Origin: SAR202 cluster bacterium
GTDB lineage: Bacteria > Chloroflexota > Dehalococcoidia > Lucifugimonadales > UBA2985
Assembly: GCA_009391535.1 (NCBI GenBank)
Contig: VFHP01000008.1
Coordinates: 386-64,385, forward strand
Length of the DNA stretch: 64,000 bases
Reading direction: 5' to 3'
The notes beneath the pieces are model-generated. The model was not told where the DNA came from. It searched no databases and saw only the letters and a program-made list of their open reading frames with translations. This document shows, in pieces, positions 28,607 to 38,608 of this stretch. Position numbers and translations under genes: made by a program. Positions within the stretch are counted from its first letter, which is position 1; the number at the start of each line of letters is the position of its first letter.

Positions 28607-30232
28607 ATGTCCAGTATAGAAGATGATGAAGTTGAAGTATTAATAATTGGTGCTGGCGCTTCCGGGGCAGCTGTGGCGTGGAGTCTGGCAAGTTCAGGGA
28701 TAGAAGTCCTTTGTCTGGAGCAAGGCGGATGGACTGATCCTAAAGATTATGCCTCTGCTCATGATGACTGGGAATTGCGAGCAACTAACATATCCAATCC
28801 GCAGCCTAATGTACGTAATCTTCCATCGGATTACCCCGTGAATGATAAGGACAGTCCGATAGCCCCTCTTATGTATAACGCAGTTGGTGGCAGCACCATA
28901 TTTTGGAGTGCCCACTTTCCGAGATTCCATCCATCCGACTTCAAAGTAAAATCATTAGATGGAGTCGCTGATGACTGGCCTATATCGTACAGGCAACTGG
29001 AACCATATTTTGATAAGAATGATGAGATTATGGGTGTTTCGGGATTAGACGGTGATCCTGCTTATCCACCCAAATCACCAAGGCAAATGCCTCCGTTCCC
29101 ATTGGGAAAGGGCGGACAGAAGCTGGTAGACGGTTTTAACAAGCTTGGCTGGCACTGGTGGCCTTCAGATGCTGCAATAAATAACTCCAAATATGACGGA
29201 AGGGCTGCTTGCAATTACTGCGGCCCTTGTAACACGGGGTGTTACTTGGGGGCGAAAGCCAGTACTGACATTACGTACTGGCCTAAAGCCATAAGTTTAG
29301 GTGCCAAAATTGTTACAAATGCCAGAGTGCGTGAATTAGTTGTAGGCAAAGACGGGCTCGTTAAAGGTGCGCTATATTATGATGAGGACGGTAATCTGCA
29401 ACAACAAAGTGCTAAGCTTGTAGTAGTAGCTTGCAATGGAGTAGGGACTCCAAGATTATTGCTCAATTCGTCATCTTCAATGTTTCCAGATGGATTGGCC
29501 AATAGTAGTGGCTTGGTAGGCAAGAACTTAATGTTTCACCCTTACGCTGCCGTAACGGGGTTTTTTGATGAATTTGTTGACGGCTATATGGGGCCACAAG
29601 GTATATCAATTATAAGCCAGGAGTTCTATGAGACGGATTTGTCCAGAGGATTCGTGCGAGGATATAGCTTTCAGGCTACAGCCAAGGGTCCAGGTCCCCG
29701 CGGAGCGGCAAATTCGGGTGGAATGACAGCAGGGCAAGCGTCGTATATTGCGTGGGGTGAAGGACATCATGATGCGTTTGAAAGCAAGTATGGAAGAACG
29801 GCAACCATTGTAGTTATAGGAGAGGATCTACCAGAAGAAATAAATACTGTAACATTGGATCCAGAATTAACCGATGGAGACGGGATTCCTGCCCCTAAGA
29901 TCACTTATCGTATGAGCGAGAACAGCCTTAATATGATGGATCACGGCATTAAAAAGGCTGAAGAGCTTTTGAATGCATCTGGGGCGATACGCATTACTAA
30001 CAATCCTCTCCTTAGAGTTGCCGGATGGCATCTTATGGGTACTGCCAGAATGGGTTCAGATCCATCGAAGTCCGTTGTAAATGAAAAGGGTCAGGCACAC
30101 GACGTAAAAAACCTTTTTATTGTAGATGGTAGTGTTTTTGTAACTGGTGCCGCAGTTAATCCTACATCAACTATTCAAGCTGTAGCATTGTATATAGCGG
30201 ATCAAATAAAAAAGGAAGTCACACATTTATAA
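28607..30232 (+). CDS. GMC-family FAD oxidoreductase large subunit
   Basis: IIGAGASG, VGGSTIFW, CNYCGPCNTGC, VGKNLMFH, HLMGTARMG, NPTSTI; GGAGG RBS. Confidence 0.93.
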   Translation: MSSIEDDEVEVLIIGAGASGAAVAWSLASSGIEVLCLEQGGWTDPKDYASAHDDWELRATNISNPQPNVRNLPSDYPVNDKDSPIAPLMYNAVGGSTIFWSAHFPRFHPSDFKVKSLDGVADDWPISYRQLEPYFDKNDEIMGVSGLDGDPAYPPKSPRQMPPFPLGKGGQKLVDGFNKLGWHWWPSDAAINNSKYDGRAACNYCGPCNTGCYLGAKASTDITYWPKAISLGAKIVTNARVRELVVGKDGLVKGALYYDEDGNLQQQSAKLVVVACNGVGTPRLLLNSSSSMFPDGLANSSGLVGKNLMFHPYAAVTGFFDEFVDGYMGPQGISIISQEFYETDLSRGFVRGYSFQATAKGPGPRGAANSGGMTAGQASYIAWGEGHHDAFESKYGRTATIVVIGEDLPEEINTVTLDPELTDGDGIPAPKITYRMSENSLNMMDHGIKKAEELLNASGAIRITNNPLLRVAGWHLMGTARMGSDPSKSVVNEKGQAHDVKNLFIVDGSVFVTGAAVNPTSTIQAVALYIADQIKKEVTHL

Positions 30233-30254
30233 AAATGAATGTGTGAAGGTTTAG

Positions 30255-30758
30255 ATGTATATGGACATGGATAGAGGTGAACTTAGGTTTTTTAGTGAAG
30301 CTCAATCTGCTCTTATGGAGTCTGTTTTAAATCAGATAATACCATCCGATGACAAATATCCCGCAGCAGGAAATTTAGGATTGGTTGCCTACATAGATAA
30401 GGTTATGTTCGATCCCATATACCTTGCACGGCATGATAAAAGCCTCAGACGTATATTTATTGAGGGTATGCATCAAATAGAGATTTGTGCTGCTAACAAA
30501 TTTCAAGGTGCATTTGTATCTCTTGTTTCAGATCAACAAATAGCAGTGCTGAAAACCATTGAAGAAGAATTGCCAGAGTTTTTTAACGCTCTGATTACAT
30601 ATACTTATAATGGTTATTATACTGATTATAGAATACTGAAAATTTGTGGCGCACCAACTAGACCACCTCAGCCATTGGGCCATAAGTTGCCTGACTCAGA
30701 TTTTTCTTCTACAGAATTAGTTAAATCTCGGGGTACCATATATAAGGAAGTAGATTAA
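30255..30758 (+). CDS. Gluconate-2-dehydrogenase subunit-3-like small subunit
   Basis: IIPSDD..P.A...G...YID, F..L...QQ..VL, FF.......GYY; directly after the GMC gene. Confidence 0.8.
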   Translation: MYMDMDRGELRFFSEAQSALMESVLNQIIPSDDKYPAAGNLGLVAYIDKVMFDPIYLARHDKSLRRIFIEGMHQIEICAANKFQGAFVSLVSDQQIAVLKTIEEELPEFFNALITYTYNGYYTDYRILKICGAPTRPPQPLGHKLPDSDFSSTELVKSRGTIYKEVD

Positions 30759-30828
30759 ACTTGCTTATATCATACTAATCATCTAGAGTAGACTGCATCT
30801 ATATTTTGTTATTGGAGGCACAATACGT

Positions 30829-31119
30829 ATGTACGGTAGCATATTTAATTTAAAGGTTAAACCAGGCCACGAGGCAGACTTATTAAAGACTCTCAATGAA
30901 ACTTCTTCAGATGCTCCCGAAGGCGGCTTTGCCTTTTTTGTGATGCAACCTGATCAAGGAGGAGACTGGACAGCAGTAGCTGTTTTCAAGGATAAAGACT
31001 CCTATGTTGCCAATGCTAACAGACCTGAGCAGCATGAAATGTTTCTCAGTATGATGGAGCACCTAGAATCAGAGCCTAGTTGGAATGATGGCACATATGT
31101 TATAGGCGAGGTATTATAA
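30829..31119 (+). CDS. Dimeric alpha/beta-barrel (ABM-like) small protein
   Basis: VKPGHE, AVF.DK.SY.ANA..PEQ, P.W.DG; GGAGG RBS. Confidence 0.7.
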   Translation: MYGSIFNLKVKPGHEADLLKTLNETSSDAPEGGFAFFVMQPDQGGDWTAVAVFKDKDSYVANANRPEQHEMFLSMMEHLESEPSWNDGTYVIGEVL

Positions 31120-31132
31120 CATTTAGCTACAA

Positions 31133-32293
31133 TTACCACTCCAGTGCAGGATCGTATACCAGTACCGAATCAATGGCTTTTCTTACGCTGAGACCACCAT
31201 ATTTATCGAGATTTATATCATGTCCGCCTATAATTAATGTTCTTCCGTCGCTTAGCAATACCGAGGTATGAACCCCACCTCTGGGGTTTGAAAAGCCTCC
31301 AATAGGAGTCCAATTGTCTGATGATGTGTTATATATTGACAGTTTTTCATTTCCTACAAATAGAACGTTTCCGTTGTTCAATACCGTTGCGGTATGCCTC
31401 CAACTCCTGGTTGGCATAGGCTCTAAAAGTGACCACGTGGCATTATCCGGGTCATAGACTTCCATCGTGGCTGTAGTTTCCGGTGTGAGTCTTCTACCTT
31501 TTGTGCCTCCTCCGGAGACGAGCACTTTTCCATCATTCAATAGAACTGCAGTAAATTTTTCTGCGTGTTCGTCCAACAATGGTCCTAATGCTGTCCATGT
31601 GTCGTTATCAGGATCGTATAGTTCGGCAGTAGTTACACCTCGCACATATTGTTCTTCGTTATCAGAACCGATAACCAATATCTTTCCGTTGTTAAGCAGT
31701 ACTGCATGATGCTTTTCTCTGGGCATAGTCATGTCTGATACTAATCGCCAGGAACCATCTTTAGGATTGTATATTTCTGCTTTGGCAATAATTTTCTTAT
31801 TTCCCTCAACTTCGGCCAAACCGCCTGTAACTAGTACCTCTCCATTAGCCATTAAAGTGGCAGTATGCCCTAGCCTTCGCGCGTAACTCATTTTGCTTGT
31901 TTCCGTCCAGGTGTCACTGGCGGCATTATAGATTTCTGGAGGGAGATCCTTAACGCCATTTGGTGATCCTCCTACAGCAAGTAGGCTACCGTCGTTTAAT
32001 ACAGTTTGTGTATGACCGTATCTTGGATGATTCAGAGAGCTAGCCGAAGTCCATGAGTTTGTAGTTAGATCCAGTATCTCTGAACTTCCTATTGCAGGGG
32101 ATCGTTGTCCTGCCCCCCAATCCCCTATTCCGCCAGAGACTAATATTCTCCCGTCATTCAAGGTTGACGCAGCATGATCGCCTCTAGCTGTAGTCATTTT
32201 CCCTACGCCAGCGTCACCACAGCTAATAAGAGTTAAAGTGGAAAGAACGCCTAGTAAAATAGACCTCAAAAGTAATGATAGCAAGCTAGTCAT
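31133..32293 (-). CDS. Kelch-repeat beta-propeller lipoprotein
   Basis: Lipobox LISC; about 6-7 repeats of R..H.A..L.DG.VLV.GG....E.Y.P....W. Confidence 0.88.
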   Translation of the reverse strand: MTSLLSLLLRSILLGVLSTLTLISCGDAGVGKMTTARGDHAASTLNDGRILVSGGIGDWGAGQRSPAIGSSEILDLTTNSWTSASSLNHPRYGHTQTVLNDGSLLAVGGSPNGVKDLPPEIYNAASDTWTETSKMSYARRLGHTATLMANGEVLVTGGLAEVEGNKKIIAKAEIYNPKDGSWRLVSDMTMPREKHHAVLLNNGKILVIGSDNEEQYVRGVTTAELYDPDNDTWTALGPLLDEHAEKFTAVLLNDGKVLVSGGGTKGRRLTPETTATMEVYDPDNATWSLLEPMPTRSWRHTATVLNNGNVLFVGNEKLSIYNTSSDNWTPIGGFSNPRGGVHTSVLLSDGRTLIIGGHDINLDKYGGLSVRKAIDSVLVYDPALEW

Positions 32294-32313
32294 AACGCCC
32301 CTCTGAATAAATA

Positions 32314-32388
32314 TGGTGGCAACGGCGGGATTCGAACCTGCGACCTAGGCCTTATGAAGACCCCGCTCTGCCGCTGAGCTACGTTGCC
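32314..32388 (-). tRNA. tRNA with CAT anticodon, probably elongator tRNA-Met
   Basis: GGCAACG/CGTTGCC-ACCA acceptor, TT-CAT-AA loop; acceptor resembles elongator Met rather than fMet; Ile2 not excluded. Confidence 0.9.
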
Positions 32389-32465
32389 ATGGAACCTTTT
32401 GTGTTTCAGGGTTTGATATAGCAATTCTATCAGTAGATCAGGTAAAACAGAAGTCACTATTTAAG

Positions 32466-34865
32466 TCAATTTCTGAGTATGGCGCCGATCTGGTGGTTTA
32501 GAGTGCTAAGTATATCATTCAAAGCTTTATTGATTTCCTCACCCGTCAAGGTGCCTTTGTCAGATTGGAACAGAATTCTGTACGCAAGAGATCGAGTACC
32601 TGCCTCTAATTCGTTCCCTTCGTATAGGTCAAATAGAGTAGCGGTGTGGACCAGTTTGTGCCGCTCTATTAACCTTTTTACTGTCGAAGATGATGTGGCG
32701 TTGTCCAATATCAAAGCAAGATCTTTATAAGAGCCCGGGTATCTGGATATCGGCTCATATTTATACATCGATTTGTTGGACAGTTTACATAGTTTATCGA
32801 GATCAAGTTCAAAGATTGATACTGGTTTGATATCTATATCGAACACTCTTAATATGTCGTCATGTAAAGACCCCACTGAGCCTATATGTTGGCCTTGGTA
32901 GTGTATATCTGCTGCGTTACCGGCAGCAAACAATGGATTGTTGGATGGTTCAAATATTGGATCGACGCGCAGCTCACCAAACAGACCTTCTAGAATGCCT
33001 TTGGCATCAAAAATGTCCATATTAGTTGAATTGTTAAGCCAATCATCTGACCAACGTTGTCCAGTTAATGCTCCCACTAGGATTTCACGTTCTGTAGGTA
33101 GTTGATCTTTTCTTTGTAAGTAAATGCGGCCAATTTCAAAGATTTTCATACCTTTTCTTATCTGGTTAAGGTTGTATGAGAGTGCGTTCAGGATGCTACT
33201 CAGCATGTTTGTCCTCAGATATTCTTGGTGTTCGCTCATGGGATTTGCGAGGCGTATGGGGTTTAAAGATTCTGTAGATGGCGTAGACTTTTCTAGATCC
33301 TTTAGGCTGACTAGGGAATAAGAAATGACTTCCTGCATGCCACTTGAAACCATTAGGTCTCTAATCTTTTCTCGCATGTTACGATTGTGATCAGGTGTTT
33401 GATTGGGTATAGGCGTTGATATGGAAGATATAGGTAGGTTATCGTATCCAACCATGCGTGCAATTTCTTCAATGAGATCATCGGTCTGGTCTATGTCACT
33501 TCTCCAATATGGTGGTTTAACCAGCAGCTCATGGGTAGAAGATTTGTTAATGGAGAAGCCTAGTGACTCCAGGATAGAACGCGCTTTTCCTATCTTCATG
33601 TCAAGTCCTAAGACCTGTTTAATTCTGTGAAGCGTCAGACTAATTGGAGCACCTTCTTCATTTACAGGATATTTATCGATTATATTGCTACAGACTTTTC
33701 CCCCGGCTATTTTTTGAATAAGGTAAGTCGCTCTTTTCAGTGCCACTAATGCTAATTCAGGCTTCAATCCTTTTTCGAATCGAGAAGATGACTCACTTCG
33801 TATCCTCAATGACTGAGAGGTTTTCCTAGTGTTTACAGCATTGAAAGTGGCTGCTTCAACAAGTACTGTAGTCGTTTCGCTGGTCATTTCTGTGTTTAGT
33901 CCGCCCATAATGCCTGCTAGTGCAACTGCTCTATTGGAATCTGCAATAACTAACATAGGTGGGCTAAGTTTTCTTTCTGTTCCATCAAGAGTAGTAAAGG
34001 TTTCCTGTTCGGTGGCTTGTCTTACAATTATCTTACCGCTGTTAATAGTTCTAAAATCAAATGCGTGTAGAGGCTGACCATATTCCAGCATCACATAGTT
34101 GGTTATATCTACCACGTTATTTATTGGTCTTTGCCCTGCTTTTATTAATCTTTCAGTGATCCATGTTGGGGATGGACCTACAACTACATCTCGTATGAGG
34201 CTGGCTGTATATCTACTACATAATGAGGGATCTTCTATATTTACTTCTAAGTGAGCCTCTATAGGATCGTTTTCAGTCGTGTAATTGGTATCTGGATCTT
34301 TGATTTTCTTGCCGGTTATAGCCGCAATTTCTCTTGCTACTCCTATTACTGACATACAATCCGGTCTATTGGGAGTTAGTTCCAGATCAAATATCGTATC
34401 TCCCAGGTAATTCTCTAAAGGAATTCCTATTGGAGCATCATCTGGTAAAACCAAGATACCAGAGGAATCATTGCCCAAGCCCAGCTCTTCTTCAGAGCAA
34501 ACCATGCCGCTGGACTCTACTCCTCGTATCTTGGCAGTTTTGAGAGTTTCCTGGCCACCACTATGAGGGTTATTCAAAATGGCTCCAACTTTCGCGAATG
34601 CGATTTTTTGACCTTCTGCTACATTCGGTGCTCCACATACCACAGTTAATATATCGCTTCCAATGTCCACAGATACTAGGCGTAATCTATCAGCGTTTGG
34701 ATGGATGTTTATTTCTTTTACTTCACCCACGAAAACCTTGCCCCATCCTCCCGTTTGTTCGATGGTGCCTACTTCTGTCCCTGCCATTGTGAGTTCATGG
34801 GCTATAGATTCGGGATCAACGTCTATATCAACGTATTGCTTAAGCCAAGATAGAGGTGTTCTCAT
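32466..34865 (-). CDS. pheT: Phenylalanine-tRNA ligase beta subunit
   Basis: HPNADRL, VCGAPN, IRGVESSGM.CS, LTPNRPD, NNVVDITNYV, EEIAR..GYD, FDX-ACB C-terminus. Confidence 0.98.
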   Translation of the reverse strand: MRTPLSWLKQYVDIDVDPESIAHELTMAGTEVGTIEQTGGWGKVFVGEVKEINIHPNADRLRLVSVDIGSDILTVVCGAPNVAEGQKIAFAKVGAILNNPHSGGQETLKTAKIRGVESSGMVCSEEELGLGNDSSGILVLPDDAPIGIPLENYLGDTIFDLELTPNRPDCMSVIGVAREIAAITGKKIKDPDTNYTTENDPIEAHLEVNIEDPSLCSRYTASLIRDVVVGPSPTWITERLIKAGQRPINNVVDITNYVMLEYGQPLHAFDFRTINSGKIIVRQATEQETFTTLDGTERKLSPPMLVIADSNRAVALAGIMGGLNTEMTSETTTVLVEAATFNAVNTRKTSQSLRIRSESSSRFEKGLKPELALVALKRATYLIQKIAGGKVCSNIIDKYPVNEEGAPISLTLHRIKQVLGLDMKIGKARSILESLGFSINKSSTHELLVKPPYWRSDIDQTDDLIEEIARMVGYDNLPISSISTPIPNQTPDHNRNMREKIRDLMVSSGMQEVISYSLVSLKDLEKSTPSTESLNPIRLANPMSEHQEYLRTNMLSSILNALSYNLNQIRKGMKIFEIGRIYLQRKDQLPTEREILVGALTGQRWSDDWLNNSTNMDIFDAKGILEGLFGELRVDPIFEPSNNPLFAAGNAADIHYQGQHIGSVGSLHDDILRVFDIDIKPVSIFELDLDKLCKLSNKSMYKYEPISRYPGSYKDLALILDNATSSSTVKRLIERHKLVHTATLFDLYEGNELEAGTRSLAYRILFQSDKGTLTGEEINKALNDILSTLNHQIGAILRN

Positions 34866-34901
34866 GTATGGATCCTTTTAGCATGATTGAAATTTATAAT
34901 A

Positions 34902-35954
34902 CTAGAACTGACTCAAAAATCTGACGTCGTTAGAATAAAATAATCTTATGTCGTCTATTCCATATTTTAGCATCGCTATTCTCTCCGGACCCATTCCGAA
35001 TGCGAAACCTGTGTATATAGATGGGTCATATCCCAATCCTTCAAGGACTTTTGGATTTACCATGCCAGCTCCCAGTATTTCTATCCATCCAGTGCCCTTA
35101 CAAACTCTGCATCCTTCACCGTTGCTGCAAGAAAAACAGTCAATGGCCATTTCAGCCCCGGGTTCAACGAAAGGGAAGTAGTCCACTCTGAATCTTACCT
35201 TCCGATCTGTTCCAAATAACAACCTTGCAAATTCATACAAGGTTCCTTTGAGGTTTGCAAATGTGATTCCCTGATCTACGACTAATCCCTCAACTTGGTA
35301 GAATTGTGACTCGTGTGTAGCATCTGTTGCTTCGTATCTGTAACATTTTCCAGGTACCAAGACTCTCAGAGGAGGCTGACTGTTTTCCATTATTCTTACT
35401 TGCATTGGGGACGTGTGGGTTCTCATTAGCATTGATTTTTCCCTATTATCATTTTCATAGTCTATCCATAGTGTGTCCCACATGTCCCTAGCTGGGTGAT
35501 CTTTTGGTATATTCAGCTTCTCAAAATTGTAATGGTCCCATTCAACTTCGGGTCCTTCTACAACTTGGAATCCCATGCCGACAAATGCATCACATATTTC
35601 ACGTAATATTTGAGTGGTAGGGTGCAGTTTTCCAATCGATATTTGTCTTCCGGGCATAGTAACGTCTACACTAGGATTTCCGTTAGTATTGGCAGACTTG
35701 GTAAGTGATTGTTCGGCGTTAGCGAAGCTTTGTTCCAAGTTAGTTTTTACTTTATTACCTATAGATCCCAGGAGTCTCCTATCTTCGGGAGTTAATGACG
35801 GCAATTGTCTTAAAATAGATGTAAGTGCTCCTTTACGGCCGATATATGATATTCGCCACTCTTCCAAGGACTCTTTTGACTGAGCCTCATCCAAAGCAAT
35901 GAGAGCGTTTTGCTCCAAAGCCTTAATTTCTTCGATTAAATCATTTCCTGCCAT
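34902..35954 (-). CDS. pheS: Phenylalanine-tRNA ligase alpha subunit
   Basis: HPARDMWDT, RTHTSPMQ, FYQVEGL, YFPFVEP, GFAFGMGPER. Confidence 0.98.
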   Translation of the reverse strand: MAGNDLIEEIKALEQNALIALDEAQSKESLEEWRISYIGRKGALTSILRQLPSLTPEDRRLLGSIGNKVKTNLEQSFANAEQSLTKSANTNGNPSVDVTMPGRQISIGKLHPTTQILREICDAFVGMGFQVVEGPEVEWDHYNFEKLNIPKDHPARDMWDTLWIDYENDNREKSMLMRTHTSPMQVRIMENSQPPLRVLVPGKCYRYEATDATHESQFYQVEGLVVDQGITFANLKGTLYEFARLLFGTDRKVRFRVDYFPFVEPGAEMAIDCFSCSNGEGCRVCKGTGWIEILGAGMVNPKVLEGLGYDPSIYTGFAFGMGPERIAMLKYGIDDIRLFYSNDVRFLSQF

Positions 35955-36111
35955 TGAGAAACTCCATCTTCTAGAGACTATTATTATAGTTATCTGTTTT
36001 GTGTGGTCAAGTTGGATATCGTCTACTTTTGATTGACTTACCCTACTTGGTAAAAAAATACAAAAGGAGAACGTATTTTATAGAAACCAATTTAGCTCTG
36101 TGCTATTATTC

Positions 36112-36267
36112 AAGGACCTGTTTATTGCAGGTACATTAACAATGTTATGGAGAGAAGAAGCCGGTGAGAGGCCGGCGCTGTCCCGCAACTGTATGCCTAC
36201 TGTTACTACATAGGCAAGCCAGATCGTCTCTCTAGTGTCCGTTGTTTTAGAACCTTCGAGGAAAGGT
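36112..36267 (+). ncRNA. Cobalamin riboswitch (compact, class II-like)
   Basis: GAA-GCCGGTGAGAGGCCGGC-GCTGTCCCGCAACTGT core, short TGCCTA/TAGGCA stem, B12-box AAGCCAGA, downstream ACCTTCGAGGAAAGGT hairpin; upstream of a predicted B12 transporter. Confidence 0.9.
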
Positions 36268-36289
36268 ATCGGCATGTTTTCGTGCGATT

Positions 36290-36321
36290 AACCTGCCCTT
36301 AAGATGGGTGGGTTTTTTTTT
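36290..36321 (+). terminator. Intrinsic terminator of the riboswitch expression platform
   Basis: AACCTGCCC-ttaagat-GGGTGGGTT followed by a long T run, before the GGAGG RBS at about 36348. Confidence 0.8.
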
Positions 36322-36359
36322 GACAACCGAAGTTGTCATCAGATTAGGGAGGTTTAGGT

Positions 36360-37010
36360 ATGTCTAATTTAACAAGATCTTATGCGGTGATATCCAAACA
36401 ATTTAACTTTCCCAGTTTAGATTTACTCGGAATAAACAAAGCCGATGCAATTACCGTAGGTGTTTTCATAATCGCGATTTTGGGAACTAATTATGCTATG
36501 ACTGGATTTCCCAACGTGAAACTATTTGATTTATTGGTGTTCTCGGCTGGGTATGTGTTGGGTTTCAGAAAAGGAGTTCTTGTTGGGGTAAGTGCTTGGT
36601 TGTTATATGGGACTTTCAATCCTTGGGGCCCGGCTGACTCTTTGTTGTTGACTATTCTGATGACAAGCGAGGCTATATATGCCTTTATGGGTTTTGGTTT
36701 TAGAAAATTAATGGAGCCAAACAGCTTGCGGATCTCTAACTTGCGACAGTCATTGATTTTAGGCGGCTTGGCAGCATTGAGTACATTCTTATATGACTTA
36801 TTTACCAATGTATATACTGGTGTAGTCTGGGCTAATATTTCCGGTGGTTCATACGTCGACTGGATAAATATAGCTTTATTCAACCCAGGGGCTTTGTTAT
36901 TTTCATTTGTGCATATCTCTAGCAACATAGTCATTTTCGTTACTCTGGGACCACTGGTTATGAGGGGTTTTATGGCTTTGAATAGAGTTGCAAAGATCTG
37001 GAATCAATAA
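36360..37010 (+). CDS. ECF transporter S component, probably cobalamin-specific (CbrT-like)
   Basis: PNVK motif, about 6 TM segments, FNPWG, YDLFTN, HI.SN; B12 riboswitch upstream. Confidence 0.8.
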   Translation: MSNLTRSYAVISKQFNFPSLDLLGINKADAITVGVFIIAILGTNYAMTGFPNVKLFDLLVFSAGYVLGFRKGVLVGVSAWLLYGTFNPWGPADSLLLTILMTSEAIYAFMGFGFRKLMEPNSLRISNLRQSLILGGLAALSTFLYDLFTNVYTGVVWANISGGSYVDWINIALFNPGALLFSFVHISSNIVIFVTLGPLVMRGFMALNRVAKIWNQ

Positions 37011-37469
37011 TTGTTTAGATTGAGGGTAATTCCTAGTCAATTCATAACTTTTTTACTACTAGTCGCGCTTCTTCCAGGATGTATTGCAACTGGAGATCAC
37101 GGGGATGGCGATATTAGAGGCACTATAAATGTTAGTGTTCTGATACATGAAAGCAGTGATGATTTTCAATGGTTTCGGAATGTTGAAACAACTGAAGGAT
37201 CCAATGCTTACGAATTAACGAAAACTGTTGTTCAAGGTGATTTAGAATCCACATACTATGCGTCTATGTTTTCGCATCTTGTGGAATCTATATTCGGAAA
37301 GAGAAACGAAGATCCAAATTATTGGATAATATTTCTATGGGATGATAGTCAGAAGAAATGGGCTCCTTTGCCTGTGGGTGCAGATCTTTTTTCCCTTAAA
37401 GATGGTCATGTCATAGGTTGGATTTACACGGAATATGGTCAGGAGGCATTGGGCTTTCCGTCACCTTAG
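37011..37469 (+). CDS. DUF4430 (transcobalamin-like beta-grasp) lipoprotein, putative B12-binding
   Basis: Lipobox LPGC, V.SI.G..N....YW..........VGAD...LKDG..I.W.Y. Confidence 0.78.
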   Translation: MFRLRVIPSQFITFLLLVALLPGCIATGDHGDGDIRGTINVSVLIHESSDDFQWFRNVETTEGSNAYELTKTVVQGDLESTYYASMFSHLVESIFGKRNEDPNYWIIFLWDDSQKKWAPLPVGADLFSLKDGHVIGWIYTEYGQEALGFPSP

Positions 37470-37518
37470 GTAAGTAGGTATGCAAATATTGGATGGCATG
37501 ATTAAGGAGCTTTGATAA

Positions 37519-38604
37519 TTGAAAAGAACTTCATTATTTGATAACCATGTTTCATCAGGAGCTCTTATGGTTCCGTTTGGAGGTTGGGACATGCCTATTC
37601 AATACTCTAGCATATTAAATGAAGCGAAGGCAGTCAGGTCAGGAGTGGGGATTTTTGATGTTTCTCACATGGGTTTGGTGGAACTGAAAGGGCTCAGTTC
37701 AGTAGAATTTTTGAACAAGATAGTAACAGCTGATGTTACAGCTATGAAAGGTGGTAGGGCTAAATACACTCTAATTTGTAACGAACAGGGTGGCATTATA
37801 GATGATACGATACTCTATAGATTAAACGCGCAGCATTTCTTACTTGTTCCAAATGCCTCAAACACCGACGAAATAATGATTTGGTTGGAGAAATGGAAAA
37901 ACAAGATGCAGATGTCTGTAAACATTAATCTAGTAACAGGGAAAAAATCTTTAATTGCCATACAAGGGCCATCTTCTGAAAAGATACTCGGGCATTTGTT
38001 AACATCAAATCCTTCTCACTTAAGACCATTCCGTTGTGAACAATCGTATATCAAAACTTTTCCAGTCATTGTTTGTAGAACTGGATACACAGGTGAAGAT
38101 GGGTTTGAATTGGTAGTTCCAAGCGAAGGAGTGGTTTCTATATGGAAGGAATTAACGGCATTGGGTGCAACGCCTTGTGGTTTGGGGGCGAGAGACGTTT
38201 TAAGATTAGAGGCGGGTTTGTTGCTTCATGGTTCAGATATGGATTCTAATACTAATCCGTTGGAGGCTGGGCTTGAGAGGTTTGTGTCTTGGAATAAAGA
38301 ATATTTTGTAGGGCAAGAGGCCCTGACATTTATTAAACAAAGAGAATCTATAAAAAAGATAGTGGGATTTAAATTACTGGAGCGTGGAGTGCCTAGAAAT
38401 GGTTATGCAATTTTGGATGATGAATGCAACCAAATTGGTGTTGTTACAAGTGGAACCTATTCTCAAAATCTTAATATGGGTATAGGATTAGGATATGTTC
38501 CTAAGCCCTTTTCCATTCTTGGGACCATCATTAACGTAGATATACGGGGCAGGAACACTCCAGCGGAGATCGTGGGCATTCCATTTTACAAAAAACAGGG
38601 GTAA
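37519..38604 (+). CDS. gcvT: Glycine cleavage system T protein (aminomethyltransferase)
   Basis: FGGWDMP.QY, FDVSHMG, GGIIDD, RTGYTGEDGFE, GARDVLRLEAG. Confidence 0.97.
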   Translation: MKRTSLFDNHVSSGALMVPFGGWDMPIQYSSILNEAKAVRSGVGIFDVSHMGLVELKGLSSVEFLNKIVTADVTAMKGGRAKYTLICNEQGGIIDDTILYRLNAQHFLLVPNASNTDEIMIWLEKWKNKMQMSVNINLVTGKKSLIAIQGPSSEKILGHLLTSNPSHLRPFRCEQSYIKTFPVIVCRTGYTGEDGFELVVPSEGVVSIWKELTALGATPCGLGARDVLRLEAGLLLHGSDMDSNTNPLEAGLERFVSWNKEYFVGQEALTFIKQRESIKKIVGFKLLERGVPRNGYAILDDECNQIGVVTSGTYSQNLNMGIGLGYVPKPFSILGTIINVDIRGRNTPAEIVGIPFYKKQG

Positions 38605-38608
38605 TAGC

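Noticed and set aside
31133-32293. Periodic sequence pattern as possible CRISPR or tandem DNA repeat
   Set aside because: Periodicity is protein-level Kelch repeats; no identical DNA repeats with spacers
12723-32313. Catabolic block near two tRNAs as a genomic island or prophage
   Set aside because: No integrase, transposase, phage gene, flanking direct repeats or evident compositional shift
35955-36110. T-box leader upstream of pheS
   Set aside because: Leader is short and has no T-box consensus or terminator/antiterminator
36078-36275. 65 aa minus-strand ORF upstream of pheS
   Set aside because: It is the antisense of the cobalamin riboswitch
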